Origin: Pirellulales bacterium
Lineage (GTDB): Bacteria > Planctomycetota > Planctomycetia > Pirellulales > PALSA-1355
Length of the DNA: 64,000 bases
Assembly (NCBI GenBank): GCA_963733035.1
Contig: CAVTBU010000005.1
Span: forward strand, 2,400,001-2,464,000
Direction: 5' to 3'
Positions within the stretch are counted from its first letter, which is position 1, and the number at the start of each line of letters is the position of its first letter. The notes under the pieces are model-generated. The model ran no database searches and was not told where the DNA came from. It worked only from the letters and a program-made list of their open reading frames with translations. The position numbers and the translations under genes are program-made. This document shows, one piece after another, positions 38,747 through 52,374 of the stretch.

Positions 38747-40770
38747 ATGAAAGAACATTTCATTCTCGCCGCTTTCGTTTTATCCCTTTTTGTCGGGCGC
38801 GGGCCCCGGCCGCGGACTACAACTGGAAATCGCCGGTCTCTGGCAGCGCCGGTACGGCGAGTAATTGGACGCCAACCGGCGTGCCAGGGCAGTCGGACAG
38901 GGCAATCTTCAACCTGGGTTCGGCCGGCTACACTGTTTCACCCGGAAACGCGTTCGTCGGTCAAGTCTACGTCAACAACGACACCGTGACTGTCACTCGT
39001 AGCCTCGTTGACGCTGTTGAGCCCAACCTGCCGGCCATTCAACTCGGCAACAACTCAGGTGACATGGCCAAGCTAACATTGACCGACAGCGTGACGTTGA
39101 TGGGAAACGAAATCTGGATCGGCGCCCAGGCGAACACGCAAGGCACGATTACCATCAACCAGGGCATGTTGTCGACATCGACGTTTCAACCCGGTAACTC
39201 GCCCGCGCAGATTGTCGTGGGCGCCGCTGGGACAGGAACGCTCTCCGTACTGACGGGCACCGTGCAGGAGATTGGTACGACAATCATCGCCAGAGACGCC
39301 CTGTCGCACGGAACTTTCAGCTTGGATGGCAGCGACTCGCTCTACTATTCACTGGGATCCGGATTGACCGTCGGGCAGGGGGGAGTCGGAACGTTCTCAC
39401 TCACGCAGGATTCAGTCGCCTATGTGGCGGGGAACCTAATGGTGGGAGAGGATGCCGGATCAAATGGCACGATCAACGTCGCAAGCCAATCGACGCTGAC
39501 CTCGGCTTTGGGAAGCTATGTCATGCAATCGGCCACGATCGGCGGGGCGGGAACCGGCGAGCTTGACGTTACGGGCGGGGGCAAAGCCTACCTGCTGGGT
39601 CCCCTGGTCGTGGGCCAGGCACAAGGTTCCGAAGGAACGGTCATCGTCGATGGATCGCAATCGACCCTCGCACCATTTAGCTCCGGTACGCTACCCAAAT
39701 TATCGCTTACCGTGGGTGATGCCGGTGCGGGAACGATGTCGGTACTAAACGGCGCACAAACCTCACTGGGCGGCACGATCACAATCGGTAATAGTGCCGG
39801 CAGCATGGGCCATTTCATCGTCGACGGCGCCGGCTCGCACGTGCAATCGGCACAATTCGGCAGCCAATCGGTCGACAAGATGATCGTGGGAGCGTCTGGC
39901 AACGGAACGCTCTCGGTGACGGGGGGAGGTGTCGTCGACCTCATCAATGCCAACGTTTATGTCGCGCAAAACGCCGGCTCCATGGGAACGATCGAGGTCG
40001 CCTCGGGCTCCCAGTTGATCGCCAACAACTTGGACATCGGCGCCGTGGGAACCGGCCTGGTTTCGATCGGCAACGGTAGTAAGGTCAGAGTCTGGACCGG
40101 GCCCGTGGAGAATCACGCCGGAGGTACGATCGACCTACAAGGCGGAACGCTCCAACAGTACTTTGACAACACGAACGTCGAAGTCCACAACTCCGGCACA
40201 CTCGACAACAACGGTACGGTGATCGGAAACGTCACCAATTTGCCAACAGGAATTGTGTCTGGTTCGGGCACGATCACCGGAACGCTATCCAACCAAGGGG
40301 GCATGCTCGCACCAGGCAACTCACCGGGAACGCTGTCCGCCGGTTCGCTCGATTTCCAATCCGGCACGCTGCAGATTGAAATGAACCGAGCAATGGAAGC
40401 CGCCGGCGGTCCCGCCGGTTGGGACCTGCTGAACATCCAAGGCACGGCGGCACTCGCTGGCCCCCTCCAAATCGAACTCGTTTCGTTGTCGCCAAACGAT
40501 CAGCCCGGAAACGTCTACGATTTCAACCCTTTGCAAGACTATCAATGGCTCTTCCTGAACGCCAGTGGAGGAATCACGGGCTTCGATGCCAGCAGTTTTG
40601 CGATCGACTTATCGCATTTCTCCAATGCCTATTCGGGCCAATTCTTTGTGACGGAAGTCGGTAACGCGCTTTTACTCAACTACAGCGTGCCAGAACCGGC
40701 GACGCTGGTGCTGGCCGGCGTCGGACTGGTGCTGTTCGCAGGGGCGGCCAGGCGCCGCCGACGGTCTTGA
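38747..40770 (+). CDS. PEP-CTERM surface protein with T5SS/PEP-CTERM-associated beta-helix repeats, frameshifted near 38790-38810
   Basis: Signal peptide MKEHFILAAFVLSL in one frame; the mature part (VGxxGxGTLSV repeats, LAPGNSPGTL, VPEP-TM-RRRR) is in another. Confidence 0.85.
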
Positions 40771-40899
40771 ACGCAAACCCGCTTCAGGTAAGCGGCTTTA
40801 CTTGGACAACCCAGTGCCAACAAATTACGCCAAGCCCAAATGCAGCCCCGGGCCGGCAGCCGATTGACAGCGCGCCATCGGCTCGGATTCAATCGAGTC

Positions 40900-41700
40900 A
40901 TGAGCTCTTCGCGAGACCACAATCGGCAAGCCTGGGACAAGCGCGCACGCGCCGGGGCACGCTTCACCAAGCCGGCAGCGGACGAAGAATTTCGCGATCC
41001 ATTGGCCGCAGTCGATCCCTCCGGCTGGCTCGGCAGCAGTATCACGGGCAAGCGCGTGTTGTGCCTGGCGGCCGGCGGCGGCCGGCAGAGCGCGCTGTAT
41101 GCCGCGGCCGGCAGTACGGTGACGGTGGTCGACATCAGCGGCGAAATGCTCGCCATCGATCGCGAAGTGGCAGCCGAGCGCGGCCTGTCGCTGCGAACCG
41201 TGGAAGCTTCGATGGACGATCTCTCGGCGCTCGCGCCGGCGAGCTTCGAGATCGTGATCCATCCGGTGAGCACGTGTTACGTACCTGACGTGCTCAAGGT
41301 CTTTCGCGAAGTGGCGCGGGTGCTGGTTTCCGGCGGCGTGTACGTGAGTCAGCACAAGCAACCGACGAGTTTGCAAACCTCGGTCGAGCCAACCGCACGA
41401 GGATACGAGGTCGCCGAGCCGTATTATCGCCGAGGTCCGCTGCCGCCGGTGGTGGGCAGCTCGCATCGCGAGGCGGGTACGCTCGAATTTTTGCATCGCT
41501 GGGAAGAACTCGTCGGCGGAATATGCCGCGCCGGCTTCGTGATCGAAGACCTCGTCGAACCGGTGCGCGCCGACGAAACCGCAGCCCCGGGAACGTTCGC
41601 GCATCGCAGCCAATACGTAGCCCCCTACGTGCGCATCAAGGCCCGCCGCCGCGGCGACGCGCAAGTGACCGCCGAGCCAGCCAAAGTCTGGTTGCCGTAA
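40900..41700 (+). CDS. Class I SAM-dependent methyltransferase
   Basis: VLCLAAGGG, VVDIS and RVLVSGG motifs. Confidence 0.9.
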   Translation: MSSSRDHNRQAWDKRARAGARFTKPAADEEFRDPLAAVDPSGWLGSSITGKRVLCLAAGGGRQSALYAAAGSTVTVVDISGEMLAIDREVAAERGLSLRTVEASMDDLSALAPASFEIVIHPVSTCYVPDVLKVFREVARVLVSGGVYVSQHKQPTSLQTSVEPTARGYEVAEPYYRRGPLPPVVGSSHREAGTLEFLHRWEELVGGICRAGFVIEDLVEPVRADETAAPGTFAHRSQYVAPYVRIKARRRGDAQVTAEPAKVWLP

Positions 41701-41871
41701 GGGGGCGTCAGCGATCCGGCGAATTCGCTTTCCACGCGAAATCCCAGAGGGAGATCACTCACGACAGGCATTTCCGCGTGCGGATTGTTGCGATCGGGGC
41801 TTGCGACAACTACGATACTGCGCGTGTGCGCACTTCGATTTATCGGCGATTTTCAATAGGTTGGGCAGCTC

Positions 41872-42531
41872 ATGAGAAACATTCTGGCCATGGTAGCAAT
41901 GGCGGCGGGGATTCTACTGGGAGTTTCAGACACGACGAACGCATCCAGTTTAGTGCTTGCGTCACAGCAATTAACCGTGGACAGCGACGGAGACGCCACG
42001 CCCGATTTATTCGACAATGCTCCAGGCACCGCAAACAACCAGGCGGACGCCGACGCGGACGGAATTGGCGACATCATCGATCCCACACCGAATGCCTCGA
42101 ACCCAAACTTGGGTGATCCTGGTTTCATTCTTGCTCCGGCCATGCCGATCGTGGCAGGTGCGAACGCGAACTTCGATTATCTTGTGTTGGTTACTCCGCC
42201 GGGAGGATGGGGCCGAATTGAACTCGATTTCGATCAGGACAACGTGGCCGACGCCGTCTTTTTCGGGCCGCTGACGGCCGTCATGGACACGATCAGCATC
42301 CCGGCCGGTTTATTCGTGGACCCCCTGTGGGATCTCTACACGCCAGGCACGTACACCGTTGCCATGAAGGCCTACGCTCCAGGCATGTCGTCTGCCAACT
42401 GGGCACACCCGTACGTGACGGTGTTGCCGGTTCCTGAGCCAAGCACTTTGCTTCTGGCAACCCTGGCCTACATCGTCACGATGTTCGGATGGACACGCCG
42501 TGCGTCGCCTTGCAGGGAATTTCACCGCTAA
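41872..42531 (+). CDS. PEP-CTERM protein with thrombospondin type-3-like Asp-rich repeats
   Basis: DSDGDATPD..DN..NQADADADGIGD; C-terminal VPEP-TM-RR. Confidence 0.82.
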   Translation: MRNILAMVAMAAGILLGVSDTTNASSLVLASQQLTVDSDGDATPDLFDNAPGTANNQADADADGIGDIIDPTPNASNPNLGDPGFILAPAMPIVAGANANFDYLVLVTPPGGWGRIELDFDQDNVADAVFFGPLTAVMDTISIPAGLFVDPLWDLYTPGTYTVAMKAYAPGMSSANWAHPYVTVLPVPEPSTLLLATLAYIVTMFGWTRRASPCREFHR

Positions 42532-42711
42532 TTCTCGTGCCTTGAAATCGGCAATCGACCGCCGCCAAACGTGGCAAAAATGACCGTTCTGCCCGCTGGG
42601 GCGAGCCAGCCATCCGGGCGTTGCATTCGCCTGGACGCTCGATCAAGATAGACAAGCCTCAGCGCTCGCCGTGCGAACTTTCCGTCAGAACCTGCCAAGG
42701 ATTCCGCCCGC

Positions 42712-43559
42712 GTGACCCATCCTGCGATCCAAGAAATCGTGGCCGTGTTTGGCCAGCCCGTGGCCGGCAACCCCACCCAGTACATGATGGAAAAAGCGTT
42801 CGCCCAATTGGGGCTCGACTGGCGCTACCTGACGCTGGAAGTCGCGCCGAAAACCTCGGCGATGCCATTCGCGGCATGCGGGCGATGGGCTTTCGCGGCT
42901 GTAACCTGACGATTCCACACAAGGTCGAGGTGATCCAGTATCTCGACGGCACGAGCGAAGCCGCCACGCTGATGGGCGCCGTCAACTGCGTGAATCGCGT
43001 CGACGACAAGCTGATCGGCGAGAACACCGACGGCAAGGGCTTCGTGCAGTCGCTCAAGCAAGTTGCCGACCCCGACGGCAAGAACGTGGTGATCTTCGGC
43101 GCCGGCGGCGCGGCGCGGGCGATTGCCGTCGAGATTGGCCTGGCCGGCGCGGCGGCCATCACAATCGTCAATCGCAACGAAGCGCGGGGCCAGGAATTGG
43201 CCGCTCTGCTCAACGACAAAGTGAACGTGCCCACGACGTTTGTGCACTGGGAAGGCGACTACGAAGTGCCGCCCGAGACCGAGGTGTTCATCAACGCCAC
43301 GTCGATTGGCCTGAGCGACGCCGACGCGCGGATTCCGCTGGTCGTCGAAACGCTGGAGTCGGACATGATCGTGGCCGACGTGATGTTCAATCCGCCCGAG
43401 ACGCGGCTGATGCGCGACGCACAATCGCGCGGCTGCCAGACGCTCGACGGTTTGGGCATGCTGGTGAACCAGGCCGTGATCGGCTTTCACATCTGGACCG
43501 GCCGCGATGCCGATCCGCAGGTAATGCGCGAAGCGCTGGAAGAGTTTTTGGGGCTTTGA
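42712..43559 (+). CDS. aroE: Shikimate dehydrogenase, frameshifted near 42850
   Basis: GQPVAGNPT joins GCNLTIPHK, GENTDG, GAGGAARA, NATSIG and GLGMLVNQA. Confidence 0.9.
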
Positions 43560-43641
43560 GAAACAAGCAAGAAACACAACGATTGTTACCAAGCGCGCGC
43601 CGCCATCTGGCATCGTGCAGCTGAGAGAGGACAACCTAGTG

Positions 43642-46038
43642 ATGACCAACGTCTGGCGGATTTTTGGCATAGGCTGCGCGTGGGCCATCGGTGCAACATT
43701 GGCTATCGCGGAACCGGCTCCCACCGGAAACAAATTGCTGATGGCCGATTCGCTGGCCGGTTGGACGTACGGCGCCCAGCCGCCGGCACATTGGATCATC
43801 AGCGACGGCCGCTTGACCGGCAACGCCGAGTCGACGCCGCTCGTGTCGGGCTGGACCGTGGGCGACTTTGAGCTACGCCTCAATTGGTCGGTACGCGGCT
43901 CGGGCGCCTGGACGGTTGGTCTGCCCGATGTACCAGCCGGGAGCGGCCTGCAACTGACGCTTGCCGAAGGGGACGGCTGCGGGGCTGTGCGCGACGGGGA
44001 TCAAACGCTTTCCTCGGGAAGCAAACTCGAGGCGGCCAGCGCCGACGGCTTGCACTCAGCCGACATTCGACGCGCGGGCAGCCGATTGACGGTGATCGTC
44101 GACGGACGCGTGGTGAGCGAAGTGGAGATCGACCGCAATCGCCGCTTCGGACTGTCGCTGGCCGTGCCCAATGGAGAAGCTTCGCTCGAGGATCTGCGGC
44201 TGGAAGAGCCACGCGGTAATCCACTGTTCAACGGCCACGATCTGAACGGCTGGCACGTGAACAACAAGAAGGGCGATTGGAAAGTCGAGAACGGCGAGGT
44301 CATTCCCACGTTCCACACCGGCCTGCACTACCTGCGCACCGACCGCGAGTACGCGAACTTTACCTGGTCGTTCGAATACACGATCGACAAGGGAGGCAAC
44401 TCGGGCGTCGCCATTCGCACGGCCGAAGGAGGCTGGCCCTCGGGCGATGGCATGGAACTGCAAATCCTCGATCGCCCCGGCCTGGTCAAAGACAGCACGA
44501 TGGCCATCTACGGAAACTTGCCGCCGCTGGAGCGGGCCGACAAGACCGGCCAGTGGAATCGCGTGGTGATCAAAGCCGACGGGCGGATGATTTCCGCCTG
44601 GGTCAACGGCGAGCTCGTGCAGCAAGTCAACACCGCGCATCTGCCGGAGATCAAGCACCGGCATTTGAAAGGCTGGCTGGGCGTGCAGGACCACGGCGGC
44701 AATCCACACTTCCGCGAAATCTATCTGCACGAGGCTCCCGACGGCATGGGCCTCGACGCTTGGTACGCACCCCGCCAGGAAAGCGGCGCGTACCTGGTGC
44801 TCGATCGGCTGATGAACACCGAACGGCTGTCGCGCGTCGATGGTCTCACTTCCGGCGTTGTCAGCACGACCACTTCCAAGGGCGGAGAACAAGTGCTGGC
44901 CGAGTTGACTGGTCCCGGAGCGCTGGTCCGCTGCTGGCAGGAATTCCCAGGCGGACGCTTGAAGTTCTACTTCGACGGAGAAGAGACGCCGCGAATCGAC
45001 TGCGCCGCCGAACATCTGTTCGAGCACGTGCCGGGCGTCGCTCACGAACAGCAGCCCACCTTGATGTGTTTGCCGTATGCCAAAAGCCTGAAGGTCGTCG
45101 TCAGCGATCCGCTGGAAGTGCGATACCAATTGAACTACGTGAACTTTCCGGCCGACGTACCCGTGGAGAGCTATTCGGTCGAGCGGCCGGGTATTCCGCG
45201 CGGGATGCTCGAAGCCATTTCGTATCGGCATCAGGGCGTGCAGGGAGGCAAGCTTCGCGAAGCGGAGATTTACGACCGCGTGAGCGTCGAGCCGCGAACG
45301 ATCGAGCCCGGCACGACCGTCGAGTTGGCCAGGCTCGAAGGCGCCGGCCTGGTAAACTGGCTGCGATTGCATGCCAGTCGAGAAACGCTCGACGACGACA
45401 ACCTGTGGATCGAGGTGACCATTGACGGCGAGTCGCTGCCGGCAATTGCAGCGCCGGCCCGATTCGTCTTTCCGGCATTTGCCGGCGGCAGGTCGAACGA
45501 CTTCAACACGATGATCCAAACGCTGGAGGGCGGCTACGTGAACATGCTGGCCATGCCCTACGGCAATGGCCTCACCGTCGCGGCCCGCAATCGCGGCGAC
45601 AAGCCGATTGAGAAAGTCGGCTTTTCGATGTCGGTCGATCGGGCCACCGGCGGCAAGGCCGCCGACTATGCCGGGCGGATGCGCTTGCGGGGCGTTTACG
45701 AACCCGCCGGTCCGGCCACCAAGGAACTCGTCGAGCAACATGGCAAGGGACGCTGGGTGGCAATCGTTTACGAGCAGCCCAACGAAGCGACCACCGGCAT
45801 TACGGCGCTGGCCATCGACGGCCAGGAAGTGGACGGCTGGCGCATGGACGATCTCGATCCGCTGTGGGGACGACCGGGCGAAGGCGAGAATTATTACACG
45901 GCGCTGGCCGGCCATCGAGAGTCACTCGGCTGGCGTTACCTCGTCCTGGAACCGGTCAGTTTCGACCAGTCGCTCGTGCTCAAGCCGCGGGGCGAGAAAC
46001 TCGGCGGAAGGTTGGCGCTATTCTACCTGGCCGAGTAG
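43642..46038 (+). CDS. Exported protein with DUF1080 (3-keto-disaccharide hydrolase-like) domains fused to DUF2961 (GH172-like) domains
   Basis: LFNGHDLNGW, GNSGV, GQWNRV and GVQDHG (DUF1080); LAELTGPG..LKFYFDGEETPRID..PY and ARLEGAG..IDGE..MPY (DUF2961-like, twice). Confidence 0.78.
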   Translation: MTNVWRIFGIGCAWAIGATLAIAEPAPTGNKLLMADSLAGWTYGAQPPAHWIISDGRLTGNAESTPLVSGWTVGDFELRLNWSVRGSGAWTVGLPDVPAGSGLQLTLAEGDGCGAVRDGDQTLSSGSKLEAASADGLHSADIRRAGSRLTVIVDGRVVSEVEIDRNRRFGLSLAVPNGEASLEDLRLEEPRGNPLFNGHDLNGWHVNNKKGDWKVENGEVIPTFHTGLHYLRTDREYANFTWSFEYTIDKGGNSGVAIRTAEGGWPSGDGMELQILDRPGLVKDSTMAIYGNLPPLERADKTGQWNRVVIKADGRMISAWVNGELVQQVNTAHLPEIKHRHLKGWLGVQDHGGNPHFREIYLHEAPDGMGLDAWYAPRQESGAYLVLDRLMNTERLSRVDGLTSGVVSTTTSKGGEQVLAELTGPGALVRCWQEFPGGRLKFYFDGEETPRIDCAAEHLFEHVPGVAHEQQPTLMCLPYAKSLKVVVSDPLEVRYQLNYVNFPADVPVESYSVERPGIPRGMLEAISYRHQGVQGGKLREAEIYDRVSVEPRTIEPGTTVELARLEGAGLVNWLRLHASRETLDDDNLWIEVTIDGESLPAIAAPARFVFPAFAGGRSNDFNTMIQTLEGGYVNMLAMPYGNGLTVAARNRGDKPIEKVGFSMSVDRATGGKAADYAGRMRLRGVYEPAGPATKELVEQHGKGRWVAIVYEQPNEATTGITALAIDGQEVDGWRMDDLDPLWGRPGEGENYYTALAGHRESLGWRYLVLEPVSFDQSLVLKPRGEKLGGRLALFYLAE

Positions 46039-46066
46039 CGCTGGCACGAAAACCGAAACAACGGGA

Positions 46067-47127
46067 CTAGACCGGCTGCTGCTGCGTGATGCAGTGGAAG
46101 GCGCCGAGGCCCCATACCAGATCGACTGCTTCCATGCCGCGAATTTGCCGGCCGGGGAACAATTGGGCTAGCGTTTCAATGGCCACGGCGTCGGCCGGGT
46201 CGTTGAACGCCGGTACGATCACCACGCCGTTGGCGATGTAGAAATTCATGTAGCAGGCCGGCAGACGCTGGTCGTCGTAGTAGAGTGGGCGCGGCATGGG
46301 AATGGGAACCACTTCCAGCGGCCGGCCCTCGGCATCGCACAGCATTTGCAGCCGGCGATAATTCTCTTGCAGCGGCGCGTAGTTCGCATCCCGCGGATCG
46401 TTCTCCAGGGCGCACACCACCGTGGTCGGACCGACGAAGCGGGCCAGTTCATCGATGTGGCTGTCGGTGTCGTCTCCTTCGACGCTGCCGGCGATCCAGA
46501 GAATCTTGCTCGCGCAGGCATAGTCGATCAAATAACGTTCGATCTCTTCACGCGACAGCGCGGGGTTCCGGTTCGGGTTAAGAAGACAGGGCTCGGTGGT
46601 CAGAATCGTGCCGGCGCCGTTGCCTTCGATGGCGCCCCCTTCCATGACGATGCCCGGCGAAAAGACACGTCGCTTGGTGAGCCGCGCGACTTGCGCGGGC
46701 ACGGCATTGTCCAAGTCAAACGGCGGATACTTGCCACCCCAGGCGTTGTACTCCCAATCCACCAGTGCCGGCTCCAACCCGGTAGGCCCCGAGAGAAACA
46801 TGGGACCGTGGTCGCGCGCCCAGACGTCGTTGGTGCGAATATCGTGCAGCGTGACGTTCGGAACGTCGCCGACCAACTCGCGAGCCTGGGCCATCACGGC
46901 CTCGCCGCCAGCGCAGAGATGCACCGGTTCGAATTCGGCCAGCGTTTTCACGAGTGCTTGCCAGACGGCCGGAATCGGCTCGAACTTGCCGGGCCAGGTC
47001 TCGGGCTTGTGCGGCCAGGCGAGCCACGTGGCCGCATGCGGCTCCCATTCGGCGGGCCAGCGATATCCAAGCGCCTTCGGTGTGGATTCGGACATGCTTG
47101 CAAGATCCGCCTCTGCCGTGCGCGGGT

Positions 47128-47131
<4 letters not shown>
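46067..47131 (-). CDS. aguA: Agmatine deiminase
   Basis: PAEWEPH, WARDHGP, EGGAIE, DDTDSHID and GAFHCITQQQP motifs. Confidence 0.95.
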
Positions 47132-49671
<2,540 letters not shown>

Positions 49672-49734
49672 GATTGCTACAATGGGCGATGTCGTTTTCA
49701 TCGCCTGAACTTTCCAACCAAGAGGATCGCCGCC

Positions 49735-50242
49735 ATGAATCGACTCTTTGGCTTGATGTTCGCGTGCCTATTGCTCGTTTACTCGTCTCTTGCGCGCCGA
49801 CGACGACGCACCGAGCAAACCGGCCGAGCCATCGCAAGAGGAACTGGAACAAGCGTTGGCCGAAAAGCTGTCCGGAGCCACGCTGGTGGGGCAATTCACG
49901 GTGAGCGACATGAACGACGGCAAGCCGCTCGCGCAAGATCGCTACACGCTCGGCAAAGTTCACAAGCTCCCCAACGGACTGTGGTCGTTCGAAGCGCGAA
50001 TTCAATATGGCGACCACGACGTCAAGTTGCCGCTGGCACTGCCGGTGAAATGGGCTGGGGACACTCCCGTCATCACGGTCACGAAAATCGCCTTTCCGGG
50101 CTTGGGAACCTATTCGGCCCGCGTGTTGTTCTACGGCGATTCGTACGCCGGCACTTGGAACGGCAGCAACCATGGCGGCGAAATGTGGGGCAAGATCGAA
50201 AAGGCCGACGCCGCGGACAAAACGGACAAGTCCAACGAGTAG
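49735..50242 (+). CDS. Conserved hypothetical exported protein, frameshifted near 49790
   Basis: Signal peptide MNRLFGLMFACLLLVYSSL joins RADDDAP...VKWAGDTPVI...YAGTW in the next frame. Confidence 0.7.
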
Positions 50243-50270
50243 TCGTTGGTCGCCAGCGGAAAGGGTAAAG

Positions 50271-50510
50271 ATGTATTACCTCTACGGCGCGAAAACCGGC
50301 GGCCCGAAAAAGCTCGTTGCCACGTTCGACTCCGAACAGCAATTGTTGGCCTATGTCCGTTGGGCAACGCTCTCGGAAAAGGAAGGCATTTGCAAGTTCG
50401 AGCAAGGAAGCTCGCTGGTCGGCAGCCAGGCTTGGAGTTATTCGACCGAGCCCGAAACCGACGACGACGCGCAAACGGTCGATCACAATCCGACGCCCAG
50501 CATGCTCTGA
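50271..50510 (+). CDS. Small hypothetical protein
   Basis: 79-aa ORF (MYYLYGAKTGG...) with a GGAAAGGG RBS, co-oriented with its neighbours. Confidence 0.65.
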   Translation: MYYLYGAKTGGPKKLVATFDSEQQLLAYVRWATLSEKEGICKFEQGSSLVGSQAWSYSTEPETDDDAQTVDHNPTPSML

Positions 50511-50535
50511 CGGCGAATCGTGATGACCGCTGACG

Positions 50536-51234
50536 TCACGCCAGCGCAATTGCCGAGACGACCGCCAGTGCCGCGGTCTCAACTCGTAGAATGCGCGAAC
50601 CCAAGCCGACAGCGGTCCAGCCGTGGCGATTCGCCTGGCTCCGTTCGTCGTCCGTAAAACCCCCTTCGGGTCCGACAGCGATCACGATTCGTGGCGGCAG
50701 CTCCGCAGGCAGGGCGATCGGTTGGGCGCCCGGATCGGCGAACACTCGAAGTGCGGCGGTTTCGCCGGCCAGAAATTCCGCGGCCGCCGCTGGAGCCGTG
50801 ATTTCCATCAGTCGATTTCGACCACACTGCTTGCTCGCCTCGATGACCGCGCGGCGGAGTCGTTCGAGCGCCGCCGGCGATTCGCGATGGTTGCTTCGCT
50901 CGGTCATCAGTGGCATCAGGCGGGCAACGCCCAGCTCGGTCGCTTTTTCAACGAGCCAGCGCTGCCGATCCCCTTTTGGCAAGGCAACTCCCAATGCGAT
51001 CGAAACCGATAGCTCCCGATCGACCTGCTCGCGGGCGAGTATCTCGAGGTCGATCTCCGCGCGGCCAACACGCGTGACCGACGCGGCGAACTCGGCGCCA
51101 GTGCCGTCAAACAACGTGACCTGCTGGCCGGCTTTGGCGCGCATGACGTGCGCCAGATGATGCGCCTCCTGGCCGACGAGTTGGGCGGTGAAACCGGCGA
51201 CGGGCGTGTCGACGAAATAGCGGTCGGCCATCAT
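50536..51234 (-). CDS. rsmE: 16S rRNA m3U1498 methyltransferase
   Basis: HLAHVMR, EKATELGV, EASKQCGR, VGPEGG and LGSRILRVETA motifs. Confidence 0.95.
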   Translation of the reverse strand: MMADRYFVDTPVAGFTAQLVGQEAHHLAHVMRAKAGQQVTLFDGTGAEFAASVTRVGRAEIDLEILAREQVDRELSVSIALGVALPKGDRQRWLVEKATELGVARLMPLMTERSNHRESPAALERLRRAVIEASKQCGRNRLMEITAPAAAAEFLAGETAALRVFADPGAQPIALPAELPPRIVIAVGPEGGFTDDERSQANRHGWTAVGLGSRILRVETAALAVVSAIALA

Positions 51235-51377
51235 TGCCAGCAAGTGGTGCCAGTGCCGCGGACGAGCGCGACAAGGTGTTTATCTCAAGCGGTTGCAGCC
51301 ATTCTACCGAAGATGATAACGGTGCGGAACCAACCTGCGCACGTGCTAGCTTGCGCTTAACCTGAGCGAACGGTCGT

Positions 51378-52205
51378 ATGTATCAAGCTTACTGGGGTCT
51401 GTCCAAGAGTCCGTTTCGTGGGCATCTCGATCCGCGCAGTTTCTACCAGGGACCGTCGCAGGACGAGGCTCTGGCCCGGCTCCACTTTCTGGTGGAAGAG
51501 CGCCGGACGCTGGGCCTGCTGCTGGGCGCGGGAGGCAGCGGAAAGTCACTGCTGTTGGAAGTCTTCGCCAAGGAATTGGGCATCGTCCATCGCGAGCACG
51601 CGCTGATTAGCCTGCTGGCAATCAACCGCGGTGAGCTGCGGTGGCTCTTGGCCGGACAGCTCGGCGCTGAGTCGCTCAGCGCCAAGCGAGACTCGCAGCT
51701 CTGCCGCGTCATCGACGACCACATCCTGGCCAATCGTTTTCAGCAGATCTCCACCGTGCTTCTGCTCGACGACGCCGACGAAGCGCAAGCCGACGTGCTC
51801 GACGAGGTCGTGCGGCTGGCCCAGTTCAATCAGGCTCACGACGCCGGGCTGACGCTGGTGCTCACCGCGCGGGCCGAGCGCTTGCACCGGCTCGGCACGC
51901 GAATCCTGGAGCTGGCGGAGCTTCGCGTCGACCTGGAAGGTTGGGACGTGGACGATACGGCCGCGTTTATCAAGCAGGCGCTAACCGAAGCCGGCCGATC
52001 GACGCCGATCTTCACCCCGCCAGCCCTGCGGCGATTGCACGAGCTATCGGGCGGCATTCCGCGGCGCGTCAAACAACTGGCCGACTTGGCGCTGGCAGGG
52101 GGCGCGGGCTCCAATCTGGCCACGGTCGAACCCGACCTGATCGAAGCGGCCTACCAGGAGCTGGGCGTCGACACCGGGACGGTCGTGACCACTGGGACGC
52201 ACTAG
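51378..52205 (+). CDS. ExeA/GspA-like AAA+ ATPase
   Basis: MYQAYWGL..PF, GAGGSGKS and SGGIPR motifs. Confidence 0.85.
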   Translation: MYQAYWGLSKSPFRGHLDPRSFYQGPSQDEALARLHFLVEERRTLGLLLGAGGSGKSLLLEVFAKELGIVHREHALISLLAINRGELRWLLAGQLGAESLSAKRDSQLCRVIDDHILANRFQQISTVLLLDDADEAQADVLDEVVRLAQFNQAHDAGLTLVLTARAERLHRLGTRILELAELRVDLEGWDVDDTAAFIKQALTEAGRSTPIFTPPALRRLHELSGGIPRRVKQLADLALAGGAGSNLATVEPDLIEAAYQELGVDTGTVVTTGTH

Positions 52206-52374
52206 GGGCGCCCGCGGAAGCTACCACGCAAGTGGTCGATAAATCGTGGTGCGAACGGCGGTTTTCCGCTCGGTTCAGCCGATCTGGCCACGCCGAGCGG
52301 GGGCGTCTAGAATAGGTCCGTCGTTCGATGCCCCTCGTCTCCCCTCGGGGGCCGCTGCTCACGGAGATTGCAAC

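Noticed and set aside
44056..45915. 619-aa minus-strand ORF
   Set aside because: It is antisense to the DUF1080/DUF2961 gene and is a shadow ORF.
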